A stretch of DNA of 64,000 nt from Candidatus Latescibacterota bacterium (lineage in GTDB: Bacteria > Latescibacterota > UBA2968): contig OZ242320.1 in the NCBI GenBank assembly GCA_965208125.1, forward strand, positions 5,408,001-5,472,000, written 5' to 3'. The notes under the pieces were generated by a model that saw nothing but the letters and a program-made list of their open reading frames with translations, had not been told where the DNA came from and made no database searches. Positions 1-9,285 of the stretch are shown here, piece after piece; within the stretch, counting starts at the first letter, position 1; every line of letters starts with the position of its first letter. The position numbers and the translations under genes were made by a program.

Positions 1-322
1 CCTGCACCATTTCCTCGGCCTCTGGCCCGGTCAGTGACATCGGCTTTTCAATCAGCAGGTGCTTCTTCGCCGCCGCCACCTTGAGCGCATCCGCATAATG
101 CGCCGCCGAATGCGTCGCGATCAAAACCAACTCGATATCCCAACCGAGAAAATCATCGAGATCACCGGTCGCACGCAGCCCCTCGGCAACCGCCTCTTCC
201 CTTCTGGATTCCGTAATATCGCACACCCCCACCACATCGTACAACCCCGTCTCTCGCATCGTTCTCAGATGACCGCCAGCCACCCGTCCAAACCCAATAA
301 TACCCGCCTTGATCTTTTCCAT
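1..322 (-). CDS. Gfo/Idh/MocA family oxidoreductase (N-terminal part; runs off window)
   Basis: Manual translation from ATG at 322: MEKIKAGIIGFGRVAGGHL...VLIATHSAAHYADALKVAAAKKHLLIEKPM. Rossmann GxGxxA plus EKP motif. Confidence 0.85.
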   Translation of the reverse strand, partial: MEKIKAGIIGFGRVAGGHLRTMRETGLYDVVGVCDITESRREEAVAEGLRATGDLDDFLGWDIELVLIATHSAAHYADALKVAAAKKHLLIEKPMSLTGPEAEEMVQ

Positions 323-411
323 TTATTCTTCCTCATCGTCTCCGTATTCTTCACCGCGATAAGCCGCGCGCAACTCAGCGATATTGGTCGCCTTCACAAC
401 GCGCGCATGAA
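303..411. repeat. Direct repeat copy A (3' end of rraA-like gene + start MEKIKAG)
   Basis: 109 bp aligning ungapped to 1534-1642 with 8 mismatches (manual alignment). Confidence 0.95.
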
Positions 412-425
412 CTGTCTCGTTGTAT

Positions 426-1553
426 TCATTCGGTCCCGATCCACGCGGAACCGTAGTCGTTATCAAGCTCGCGATACATGCTGTGAGCATGATCTATGGT
501 GCCTTCGCCGTTTTGAACCGCGTATTCGATTACCATGGACGGGCTGGTCACGCGGAAATACGCGGCGCCCAGGACACCCTGCCGCCCCCACCATCCAAAG
601 TATGTGTCCTCGATCTCGGCCACCACGGTTTTCATTTTTTCAGCATAGTCGTCATTGTTCATGAAACCCAAACGGGCCTCGATCACATCCAGGAGTAACG
701 TTCTCTGCATAGCTGTAAGTTCGCTTCCCTTAATGCCTTCCGGCGCAACTGTTGCACCATACTTTCCTGGCCCCAGCAAGAGGTCGATGGGCTGCTCTGC
801 ACGAACGGCTTGTCCTTTCTGTTCGTCCGTAAGGCTATCCATGAACGCTTGCGCTGCCGCAGTTTCCCTCTGCGTAATGAAGATATCGTCACCGTCAAGG
901 CGCAAGTGCAGCGGTTGGCCGCCAGTCAGCATCGGTGAAAAGGAAACGTTCGGTCCGAATACTGTGGCGTTTAATGCGAGATGGTGCCCGCCGAACTGGA
1001 ACATCCAGGGCTCTGTACTTGACGGTTCACCGAGAAATGCAGCGTAAAAGTACTCACTGCCGTATTTCATGACGCCGAACAGGTCTCCTGAGATCAGTAA
1101 GTCTGCTGCGGCCAGTTGATAAGTGATATTTTTCACACCGTCTTCACTCAAGAGTTCACCAAGGAGCTTATCGAGATTCGCCCGCTGTATTGCAGAGAGA
1201 ACACCGAGCTTTACACCACCACGCGGAACCATACCCTCAGGAAAGTTGGACCAATTTGAACGCTGTGCGTTATCGGTAAACCGATATGTCGCCGCTTGTC
1301 TCTGGTTGTCGTCCAGTGAGTCCAGAAAGAGCCTTGCAGCCGCCACGATGGCCACGGTCTTCTCGTCGGCAGCAGGCAGGTCGTGAGCGTGCTTGAGATT
1401 GATCTCTACTGGTAAAGGAACCGCTCTAAAAAAGATCCGAGCTACAATATCGGGGTGAAAAAACAGATAGACGAAAACTGCGGCAATGACAATCACTGCA
1501 CCGAGAAGGTAGATCAACACGCGTTTCATGGATCCCGCCTTGATCTTTTCCAT
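426..1553 (-). CDS. DUF3500 domain protein with N-terminal membrane anchor
   Basis: Motifs R.NW...P, FGGHHLALNAT, IEY, HAHSMYR..NDYG. The native start is probably MKRVLIY at 1529, with MEKIKAG supplied by the repeat. Confidence 0.8.
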   Translation of the reverse strand: MEKIKAGSMKRVLIYLLGAVIVIAAVFVYLFFHPDIVARIFFRAVPLPVEINLKHAHDLPAADEKTVAIVAAARLFLDSLDDNQRQAATYRFTDNAQRSNWSNFPEGMVPRGGVKLGVLSAIQRANLDKLLGELLSEDGVKNITYQLAAADLLISGDLFGVMKYGSEYFYAAFLGEPSSTEPWMFQFGGHHLALNATVFGPNVSFSPMLTGGQPLHLRLDGDDIFITQRETAAAQAFMDSLTDEQKGQAVRAEQPIDLLLGPGKYGATVAPEGIKGSELTAMQRTLLLDVIEARLGFMNNDDYAEKMKTVVAEIEDTYFGWWGRQGVLGAAYFRVTSPSMVIEYAVQNGEGTIDHAHSMYRELDNDYGSAWIGTE

Positions 1554-1642
1554 TTATTTTTCTTCATCATCTCCGTATTCTTCACCGCGATAAGCCGCGC
1601 GCAACTCGGCGATATTGGTCGCCTTCTTAACGCGCTCTTGAA
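1534..1642. repeat. Direct repeat copy B
   Basis: Matches 303-411 (offset 1231). Confidence 0.95.
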
Positions 1643-2279
1643 GCGCCTCTTCTCCTGCGATCAATTCCTTCACATTCGCCAGCACCTCCGCCATCCGATC
1701 TGCGGGAAACTTAACCGCGCCATTTTCATCCATGTGAATAATCTCACCAGGCGCAACATCCATGCCGCAAATCGACACCGGCACATTCACCGCCTGCACA
1801 GCCTGATCGCCATGGCCCGGCGATATACCCGTCAACAAATACTGAAACTCCATCGGACGGATTTCATCGATATCCCTCGACGGTCCATTTGACACACATC
1901 CCACGCACCCCAGCGCTTTCATCGTCGTCGTCATATTGCCGCCCGCAAGCCCCACCTTACCCGCAATCTCCGGCGGAAACTTCTGCTCCAGCGCCAGTAT
2001 CGTCGGCTTTGGCGACGCATCCAGCGCCTCGGACACATCCATAAACGACAACCGACTAAACCCCGCATCCGGTAACCCAAAAGTACACGTCACAGCATAC
2101 CCGCACCGCGCGCCGAGTTCTGGATACATACACTTAATCGTCTGATCCGTGTACCAATTCTCAACCCACGGATTATAAAGCCCCAAACACAACGGATTAC
2201 TCGGATACGTCGCCACCACATTTGTAATAGACGGGGTATCGAAATTCTCCAACTCCTTCAAAATCTCCTGCTCTGTCAT
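1554..2279 (-). CDS. RraA/HMG-aldolase family protein
   Basis: DTPSITN, GYAVT, G..M....KALG..G.V.NG..RD..E, V.PGEIIH.DENG motifs. Confidence 0.85.
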   Translation of the reverse strand: MTEQEILKELENFDTPSITNVVATYPSNPLCLGLYNPWVENWYTDQTIKCMYPELGARCGYAVTCTFGLPDAGFSRLSFMDVSEALDASPKPTILALEQKFPPEIAGKVGLAGGNMTTTMKALGCVGCVSNGPSRDIDEIRPMEFQYLLTGISPGHGDQAVQAVNVPVSICGMDVAPGEIIHMDENGAVKFPADRMAEVLANVKELIAGEEALQERVKKATNIAELRAAYRGEEYGDDEEK

Positions 2280-2380
2280 GGTAATCTCCTTAAAAGTTGA
2301 TCGCTACTTGTTAGCCTTTTACTCTATTTTTATCGGTGTTTATCTGCGTTCATCTGCGTTCATGCTCGAATTACTCGCCT

Positions 2381-3397
2381 TCATTCTGCGGATTGATCTT
2401 CATCCTTCTCACTTCCCCAACCTGTCACCACATGTTCCTGATCCCAATCCTGGATCAACGGCTCCAGATCATCCCAAAACGCCTCGGGAATTTCAATACT
2501 GCCAGCTTCGGCATTTTGAATCGTCTCCGCTTTGTTTCGCCCCCCGCAAATCGCCGTTGCAATCAACGGATGCCTCGTACACCACAAAGTGCTTGCAGCG
2601 AGGCAGCCACCAGTGGAATGCCATAATCGTCGCAAAGTGCTTTTATCTTCCCAACGCGGGCCAAAACAGCCTGACTAAAATTGCGATTCACATAAGAATG
2701 TCCGGGCAAGGGACCCGTCGCCAATAAACCGCGCTCCAGAGGCGTAGCAAGCGCAATACCCACATTGTGTTTTTCAGCACCGGGAAAAATGAAAGTGTCC
2801 GCCGTGCGATGAAGGAGAAGAACTCAACAAACTCCAGGCATCGGGAACCACCGAAGCATCAAACTCGCCCGTATCAATGTAGGGACCATTCGAATCGGGA
2901 TCATTCGCCGCAATACCGACAAAACGCACCACACCCTCATCCTGCAATTTTCGCAACGCCCCAAGCGCCCCATCTTTTGCCATCACCTGCTGCATGGGAA
3001 AATCCATCGGATCGTGAATATACAATACATCAAACGCATCCAGCCCCAACCGCTCCTGGCTGTCTTCCACCTGCAGCATCACCCCGTCGAAAGAGAAATC
3101 GTATTCATTTCCCGATCTTCCCACCTTTGTCGTCACCGTACACTTTTCAGCCAGATCGGGGCGTTCGCGCAACGCGCGCCCAATAATTTTCTCGCTCACG
3201 GTATTCCCGTAAAGTGGCGCCGTATCGACCAGCGTACATCCCGCCTCAATAGCAGCCACCACATTCTCTACGCCCACATCTTCATCGACACCCGGCAAAA
3301 AATGACCATCTGCCCCCATCACACGAGCGAGAAATGCCGTGCCAAAACTGACGATTGGAACTTCCAACCCCGTTCTGCCCAATATCTTACTCTGCAT
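2381..3397 (-). pseudogene. Aldo/keto reductase, interrupted by two frameshifts
   Basis: The N-terminal ORF has DTAPLYG, TKVG and SQERLGLD...YIHDP. AKR-like sequence continues in a second frame (..RTADTFIFPGAEKHNVGIALATPLERGLL..ASLQ) and then in the first frame again (WCTRHPLIATAICG). Confidence 0.85.
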
Positions 3398-3427
3398 TGC
3401 AAATTTCCTCCTGAAAAAACCCCTCGC

Positions 3428-3456
3428 ATAATAGACGACAGAACCCCGCGTGTCAA
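3428..3456 (-). promoter_or_regulatory. sigma70-like promoter for the AKR/rraA operon
   Basis: TTGACA-N17-TATTAT on the minus strand. Confidence 0.6.
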
Positions 3457-3460
3457 TGCG

Positions 3461-3497
3461 AAAAAATCCCCTGCTCTATGTGGTAAGAGCAGGGGAT
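3461..3497 (-). terminator. Intrinsic terminator after the PhyH gene
   Basis: ATCCCCTGCTCT/AGAGCAGGGGAT stem followed by a T-run on the minus strand. Confidence 0.8.
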
Positions 3498-3522
3498 CGG
3501 AATCAATCGACGAAACAAATCT

Positions 3523-4269
3523 CTAAACCGCCATCGCCTCTTCTTTCAGATGCGTCAGCCCTTCAAACTCGCGCCAGATATCGGCCATAGCATCCGTGCT
3601 ATTTTCTCTCGAGTTGACGTGTCGGGGTCTGAAAATCACGGCATAACGGATATCGGGCGAATGATTTGGTCCTCCATTGTGATACATCTGGTGATGGCAG
3701 ATCACGGCATCGCCCGCTTCGCCCATAAACTGAATCGGACCATGCGGCAAATCAATATCGGGAATCCGGCGATTGGCCTTTGCCGTCTCTACATAATTGG
3801 GATCCTTTTGAAACGCCGCCTCATAAGCGCGATGAGACCCGGGCCAAAAACAGAAATTGCCCATAAATGGTCGCGGAACATCGTGAACCAGAATCACCAC
3901 CAGCAGCGTCATACCGCGACTCAGCAACCCATCCTTCAACTTTCCACCCAAATCCAGATGCCCTCGCGTCAGCGGGCGCTCCTCTGCATCGGGAAAATTG
4001 AGCTTCACATTGCCTCCCTGCGGCGGAATCAACTGCCCCTCTCCCACAACTGACTCGCACAGACCCCAAAGCGGCGATTTATTAAACAAATCTGTAATCA
4101 CCGGCTCATTGCTCAACCCCGGATTTCGCCCCTGTGCCATCACACGATAACGCATATGCCGATTAATAGCCTTGCGCGCCTGATCGGCCATCAACTTTGG
4201 TACAGCACCTCGCACAAGCACATATCCCTCTTCGAAAAACTGCTGCTTTTGAGCTTTGGTCATCTGCAT
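3523..4269 (-). CDS. Phytanoyl-CoA dioxygenase (PhyH) family protein
   Basis: FFEEGY, H-x-D (GHLD), WPGSH, GD..I.H....H.G..N.S...R. Confidence 0.85.
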   Translation of the reverse strand: MQMTKAQKQQFFEEGYVLVRGAVPKLMADQARKAINRHMRYRVMAQGRNPGLSNEPVITDLFNKSPLWGLCESVVGEGQLIPPQGGNVKLNFPDAEERPLTRGHLDLGGKLKDGLLSRGMTLLVVILVHDVPRPFMGNFCFWPGSHRAYEAAFQKDPNYVETAKANRRIPDIDLPHGPIQFMGEAGDAVICHHQMYHNGGPNHSPDIRYAVIFRPRHVNSRENSTDAMADIWREFEGLTHLKEEAMAV

Positions 4270-4278
4270 GGCAACCTC

Positions 4279-5247
4279 CTATTCATAATCCAGCACAACC
4301 TTAATCGCCTCATCGCGATGATCGATAAACAATTCAAAACCCTTTTGCACTTCTGTAAACGGCAAATGGTGTGTAATAATCGGCGAGACATCAATGCGTC
4401 CCTGTGCGATCATATCCATAGCCAGGGGATAATCATTCAGCGAATCTGGCCCCACAGAACCGACCAGCGTCACATTCTTACTGAAAAAAGCGCGATAATT
4501 AAACGCATACACATCGTCATCGGGTACGCCAAACGCCAGCACCGTACCCAGACGCTTGGTTAAATTCAGACACAAATTGACCGTATCCTGATTGTGCCCC
4601 ACAATTTCCACCGTCAGGTCGGCCATGCGCCCATCCGTAATATTTCTCACAACAGCCACCACATCTTCCCTATCGGGATTCACCACATGGGTTGCCCGCA
4701 TCTTTTTGGCCGCCTCAAGACGAAAATCGACCGTATCCACAGCCACAACGGTCTTCGCCCCCAAATTGCTCAACAAATGCGTCATCAACAAACCCATTGG
4801 CCCCTGCCCCACCACCACAGCATCCTGATTGAGAATATTACCCAACTTGCGACACGCCCAAATCACCGTCCCGAGAGGCTGTGACATCAACAACTCATCG
4901 AGCGGTTTATAATCTGCGAGATGCACCCCCACTCTTTCGCTCGAAATATAATACTCAGCCAACCCACCAATACCCGCCGTGGGCCGCGCCTGCACAAAAT
5001 CCCCGGGTTGAAACCGATCCGACGACGACGCAACCACCGTCCCAATACACTCGTGAATTGAAGTCCCAATATTCATCGGATACACTGCGTCCGGCTGTTT
5101 CAATACAAACTTTGGCGAATCCGACCCACAAATCGCGGTCATATGCGCCTTAACCTTTATCGATCCCTTTGGAAAATCCTCAATATTCGGCTCATCGGCC
5201 TCAAACATCTCAATCTGCCGATGAGCGACAACGTGGGCTGCTTTCAC
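4279..5247 (-). CDS. Zinc-dependent (MDR) dehydrogenase
   Basis: ICGSD, HE..G, GQGPMG, ITHHLP motifs. Probable GTG start at 5247 after GGAGG (the ORF track extends to 5343). Confidence 0.85.
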   Translation of the reverse strand: MKAAHVVAHRQIEMFEADEPNIEDFPKGSIKVKAHMTAICGSDSPKFVLKQPDAVYPMNIGTSIHECIGTVVASSSDRFQPGDFVQARPTAGIGGLAEYYISSERVGVHLADYKPLDELLMSQPLGTVIWACRKLGNILNQDAVVVGQGPMGLLMTHLLSNLGAKTVVAVDTVDFRLEAAKKMRATHVVNPDREDVVAVVRNITDGRMADLTVEIVGHNQDTVNLCLNLTKRLGTVLAFGVPDDDVYAFNYRAFFSKNVTLVGSVGPDSLNDYPLAMDMIAQGRIDVSPIITHHLPFTEVQKGFELFIDHRDEAIKVVLDYE

Positions 5248-5265
5248 CAATGCCTCCTTCCAAAA

Positions 5266-5350
5266 GAAGTAAGAAGTGTGAAGTAAGAAGACCCCGCCCA
5301 ACCGCCCAAAGGCTGGTGCTCCATCGCACACTTCCTCCTTCACACTTCCC
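5266..5350. repeat. Heptamer-periodic imperfect inverted repeat
   Basis: gaagtaa-gaagtgt-gaagtaa-gaag (5266-5290) faces cacacttc-ctccttc-acacttc (5327-5348). Confidence 0.7.
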
Positions 5351-7110
5351 TAATCCGCCGCCTCAATCCGCGGAGCCTCCAACTCACTGCGCTTTCCCAA
5401 CCATATAAACACACCGCCAACGCCCAGCACAAAACCGCCCACAAACAAAATCCCCAGACGTCCGATCAGTGGATTGGGCAACAAAACGAGCGTACAAATC
5501 ACCCCACCAATAACCGCAGCAAAACTACCGATAATTTTGAGCTGGCGCAAATCATTTGGTATGCCGATCTCTTTCTCAAAATCAACCGGTGTCAGCATGC
5601 GATCAAAAAAGTCCTGCGCCTGCCTCCTATAAACTTCCGGCGTGCGATTCCAGAACGGCATTGTCACCAAATAAACCACTATCCCCACGGTGAGATTGAC
5701 AAACACCTTCTGCTGAAATGACCAGGTCTCGCCAAAGAGCTCCGCGCTAAAAAACCCAATTGCCGATGGAATCAACGTCACACACACCGTCACAATCGCC
5801 GCCCAACTCGGCGATGTGCGAATAAACAGCCCCATCAACGCAGGCACAGCCATCGGCAATGCCAACAACGCGCCGATATTCAACATATGTTCAAACACCC
5901 CTCTGCCCTCTGTATTTGCAAAATACGTGGCAATACTCACAATACACACTCCAAACACCGCTGAAAACACCTGTCCCAACCGCATCAGGCTCTTGCCCTT
6001 AACAGACGCTCTCCCAAACAACCGGCACAGCGTCGGATAAATATCATTCGTAAAAATCGCCGCATTGCGATTCAACCCCGAATCCATCGAACTCATGGTC
6101 GCCGCAAACATCGCCACCACCATCAGCCCCGTCATACCCAGCGGCAACACATTCAAACTCGCAATCGCATACGCAGCTTCCGCAGCCTTGGGAATATCGA
6201 CCGCCATCACCTCCGCGTGAAACAAAAGCCGCGCAGTCATCGGCGGAATAAACCAGATAAAAGCGCCCGCGGTCATCAGCACAAAGCCCAGCCACGCAGC
6301 TTTCTGCGCCTCGCGTCCATCCTTCACCAGAAAATACCGCTGTGCCGACGTAAGCGTATTGTAGCCAATCACATTCTTCAGCAACATCGCTATAGCCCAC
6401 GCATACGTATAAGCCCGCAACGGAAACTGGTCAGGTGCGTTAAACACACCATAAGCCGACGACAACCCCATATTCTGAATGCCCTGAAACAAAGCACCCA
6501 CGCCGCCGAGCTTTACCAGACATAACACCCCCACCAAAATAGTAATGGGAATGAGGATAAGCGTCTGCAGAAAATCCGTAGCCGTCACCGCCCAGCTACC
6601 CCCAATCAGCGAATAGATCAAAACCACCGCGCCCACCACCACGATCACCTGCTCAATTTTATATCCAAACACCGCCGAACAGAAAATCGCCAACCCCAGA
6701 AGATGCAGCGACGAATACAGGGTTTGCATCACAAAAGACATCCACGCGTAAAATTGTTGTGTCGAAATACCAAAGCGCAGGCGGATAACCTCGGGACCCG
6801 TAATCGCCCTGATCTGTCGAAACCATTTGGCGAGAAACAAACCGTTAATCGCAAAACCCACTGAATTGGCCAGATAAATCACCAGCACACTCCAGCCCGC
6901 TTCATAAGCCGCACCCGCTGCACCCGAAAAAGTCCACGCACTAAACGCCGTCATAAACGCACTCGACCCCACCAGCCACCAGGTGCCCTTACAACCGTTT
7001 CGAAAATAATCACTCACATTTTCATTAAAACGGCGAAACACCATCCCCACCCCAACCAGCACGGCCAAATAACATCCAATCACAACGTATTCAACCGATG
7101 TTTCACTCAT
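5350..7110 (-). CDS. Sodium:solute symporter family protein
   Basis: Multi-TM protein with DYF..G....WW..G.S..., TDFLQ, QRY and AATMSSMDS motifs. Confidence 0.9.
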   Translation of the reverse strand: MSETSVEYVVIGCYLAVLVGVGMVFRRFNENVSDYFRNGCKGTWWLVGSSAFMTAFSAWTFSGAAGAAYEAGWSVLVIYLANSVGFAINGLFLAKWFRQIRAITGPEVIRLRFGISTQQFYAWMSFVMQTLYSSLHLLGLAIFCSAVFGYKIEQVIVVVGAVVLIYSLIGGSWAVTATDFLQTLILIPITILVGVLCLVKLGGVGALFQGIQNMGLSSAYGVFNAPDQFPLRAYTYAWAIAMLLKNVIGYNTLTSAQRYFLVKDGREAQKAAWLGFVLMTAGAFIWFIPPMTARLLFHAEVMAVDIPKAAEAAYAIASLNVLPLGMTGLMVVAMFAATMSSMDSGLNRNAAIFTNDIYPTLCRLFGRASVKGKSLMRLGQVFSAVFGVCIVSIATYFANTEGRGVFEHMLNIGALLALPMAVPALMGLFIRTSPSWAAIVTVCVTLIPSAIGFFSAELFGETWSFQQKVFVNLTVGIVVYLVTMPFWNRTPEVYRRQAQDFFDRMLTPVDFEKEIGIPNDLRQLKIIGSFAAVIGGVICTLVLLPNPLIGRLGILFVGGFVLGVGGVFIWLGKRSELEAPRIEAAD

Positions 7111-7131
7111 AGAGAAATTCCCCGGTTACCA

Positions 7132-9108
7132 TCACCAGTGATGCACAAGATGCCCTTGCCCAAAGAAAAACAACACATCCACAATAAAAATCAGCCCAAT
7201 ACCCAGAACATAACCGAGCATCAGCCCCATAAACAAAGGCAGGGACTGGCGATAAAGTCCAATACCGCCAATCTTCAACAAAACGGACTTAACCGTCCAC
7301 GCCACAAAAACCGTAAACACCTGCCGCTGCAAAATACCCGTTGTAAACACCGTCAACCCAATAGGACTCAACGGCCACCGCAAAAACCGGTAGCGCAAAA
7401 AACTACATAAAACGGTGAGACCCGCGCCAATACCAAAAAACATCAGCCTGTCCAGACTGATGCCAAAGGGATTTTGCAATTTCATCACCACATTGCTAAA
7501 AATCACCACATTCCCGGAATTAAACGTATAAACATTAAAATTGTACGCACCGTACATATACCCCAGATACAGCGTGAACACCGCCGAAATAACCATCGAC
7601 ACCACCAGGGCGCACATCGTTGTCCAGAATAGCGACCGGGTCTTGAGCTTGAGCCTCGCCCCCATCTGCGCGATATGTGCCAGCGTAGAAGCGCCAAAAG
7701 TATTGCCCAGGCCAAACGTCGAATAAGACAGCGCCAGAGACGCGGCACTATTGGTATCCATCTGCCGAATACCAATCGTATAAAAAGTGAAACTCTGCGG
7801 CGTAATGGGCATCCGCGCATAAGCCAAACCCGACTCGGCCACAAACCGCGTCACACCCACCGTCATCAAAATCAGCGCAAAAAGAAAAACGCCAGCCACA
7901 AGCGCGGACATACCCGAATGCCACAACCAGAAAAACAAAAACGCCGCTCCCACAATAATACCCCACACCGCTGCCCGATAAGACAACAGTTCATTCGAAT
8001 CATCCACAGCATCATCGCCGCGCATTGCCTTGCGCCACACATCTCGCAAATGCGCGCGCGCCATCCACATACTCAACGCCGTAAATGCAAAAAAAGCCCC
8101 CATCGCCTGCCAGCCCATCGCAGCGCCGCCGCGGGAGCCCCAGATATCGGATGCGCCAATAGAATATCCCAAACGGTCAAAAACACCGGTTTGCACAATA
8201 CCCAGCGCGTAGAAAAACCACAAACTGAACAACACATCGAGATTCGTAAAAAAGGCGAACCCCAGAACAAAAAAATTAAACTTGATCGGAATAGCGGGAA
8301 ACCCGCGCCCAATTGGCAACGCCCATCTATCCATCAACGGAATAGGTGGAAATGTGTGCCAGAAATAACCCACGATATTCCACACCACCACAACCACGGG
8401 AATGGTCACACCAGCCCAAAACAAACGAGAATACAGAAGCCTGTATTTTCCTGCCTCAACCTCTTCCAACATCGTCAGCGGTGCTTCAGCCAGGGGAAAA
8501 GGCAGACGTTCTCGATCCACCCACTGCCGCCGCAACACAGCCATCAGCGCCACGCTCACCAGCGCCAGTGCAATGAGAAAAACACCCCACCACACAAGCG
8601 GCGTCATCCACGCATCCCAGGGAATATCAACGCCAGGAGGCTTGCCCTCAAAAAAATACGTCATCTGATTGGCGTGATTGGGCGGCGCAGCCCACTTAGG
8701 CAACCCATCCAACAAATAATCGCCCCACTGATTCTCGGGTGAGGCGTAATAATAAGGCGCGGCAATGCCCCCAATGAACAAACCCATAAAATTCGCCGCA
8801 GGCACAGCCCCTGCAATCCACCCCATCGAAAAAACCACCACCATCTCACCCCGCGACAGCGCCCACTGCGGCTTTACCCGCGCCATCAGAACATTCAACG
8901 GCCACGCCAGCACCGTGAAAACCACCATAGTCGCCATCGGCAAATGGGCAAAAACCATACGCGACGAATGCACGATATAGGCCGAATAAGCAGGCAACAA
9001 ATTCACCAGAAACGTCACCGCAATCCCCACGCAAAAAGCGCGTGTGGTCACGCTCAGGTGTTTGCTCGCCGGGTGCAAATCCCGACCCATCGCTTTCAAC
9101 TCGGCCAT
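7132..9108 (-). CDS. DUF6785-type polytopic membrane protein (putative transporter)
   Basis: 658-aa hydrophobic protein with RRQW...ERL.FPL, S.WFF, R.VAE.G, WPL.P.G and K...LK.GG...YR...P.F.GL..G motifs. Confidence 0.7.
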   Translation of the reverse strand: MAELKAMGRDLHPASKHLSVTTRAFCVGIAVTFLVNLLPAYSAYIVHSSRMVFAHLPMATMVVFTVLAWPLNVLMARVKPQWALSRGEMVVVFSMGWIAGAVPAANFMGLFIGGIAAPYYYASPENQWGDYLLDGLPKWAAPPNHANQMTYFFEGKPPGVDIPWDAWMTPLVWWGVFLIALALVSVALMAVLRRQWVDRERLPFPLAEAPLTMLEEVEAGKYRLLYSRLFWAGVTIPVVVVVWNIVGYFWHTFPPIPLMDRWALPIGRGFPAIPIKFNFFVLGFAFFTNLDVLFSLWFFYALGIVQTGVFDRLGYSIGASDIWGSRGGAAMGWQAMGAFFAFTALSMWMARAHLRDVWRKAMRGDDAVDDSNELLSYRAAVWGIIVGAAFLFFWLWHSGMSALVAGVFLFALILMTVGVTRFVAESGLAYARMPITPQSFTFYTIGIRQMDTNSAASLALSYSTFGLGNTFGASTLAHIAQMGARLKLKTRSLFWTTMCALVVSMVISAVFTLYLGYMYGAYNFNVYTFNSGNVVIFSNVVMKLQNPFGISLDRLMFFGIGAGLTVLCSFLRYRFLRWPLSPIGLTVFTTGILQRQVFTVFVAWTVKSVLLKIGGIGLYRQSLPLFMGLMLGYVLGIGLIFIVDVLFFFGQGHLVHHW

Positions 9109-9156
9109 CGCAATCTCTCAAAAAAGTAGGGGAAATTTTCCGCGCAATGTACCTCA

Positions 9157-9197
9157 AAAAGAAAGTGTGTGCAAGGCATCCATCCCCTGCACACACC
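9157..9197 (-). terminator. Intrinsic terminator/attenuator after the porV-like gene
   Basis: GTGTGTGCA...TGCACACAC stem followed by TTTCTTTTT on the minus strand. Confidence 0.7.
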
Positions 9198-9200
9198 AAG

Positions 9201-9283
9201 ATTAGCGTTCAGCTCTTAGCTCTCCGCATATCTGGGATTGGAGGCTGGGTGGGCTGATCGCTGACTGCTAACCGCTAATCGCT
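9201..9283. repeat. Heptamer-periodic imperfect inverted repeat
   Basis: attagcgttcagctcttagc faces gctgatc-gctgact-gctaacc-gctaatc-gct. Confidence 0.7.
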
Positions 9284-9285
9284 AT

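Noticed and set aside
59-664. 201-aa plus ORF sharing text with the ORF at 1455
   Set aside because: The similarity comes from the 109-bp direct repeat; the real genes are on the minus strand.
303-1642. Diversity-generating retroelement TR/VR pair
   Set aside because: Mismatches are not confined to adenines on one strand and no reverse transcriptase is in the window.
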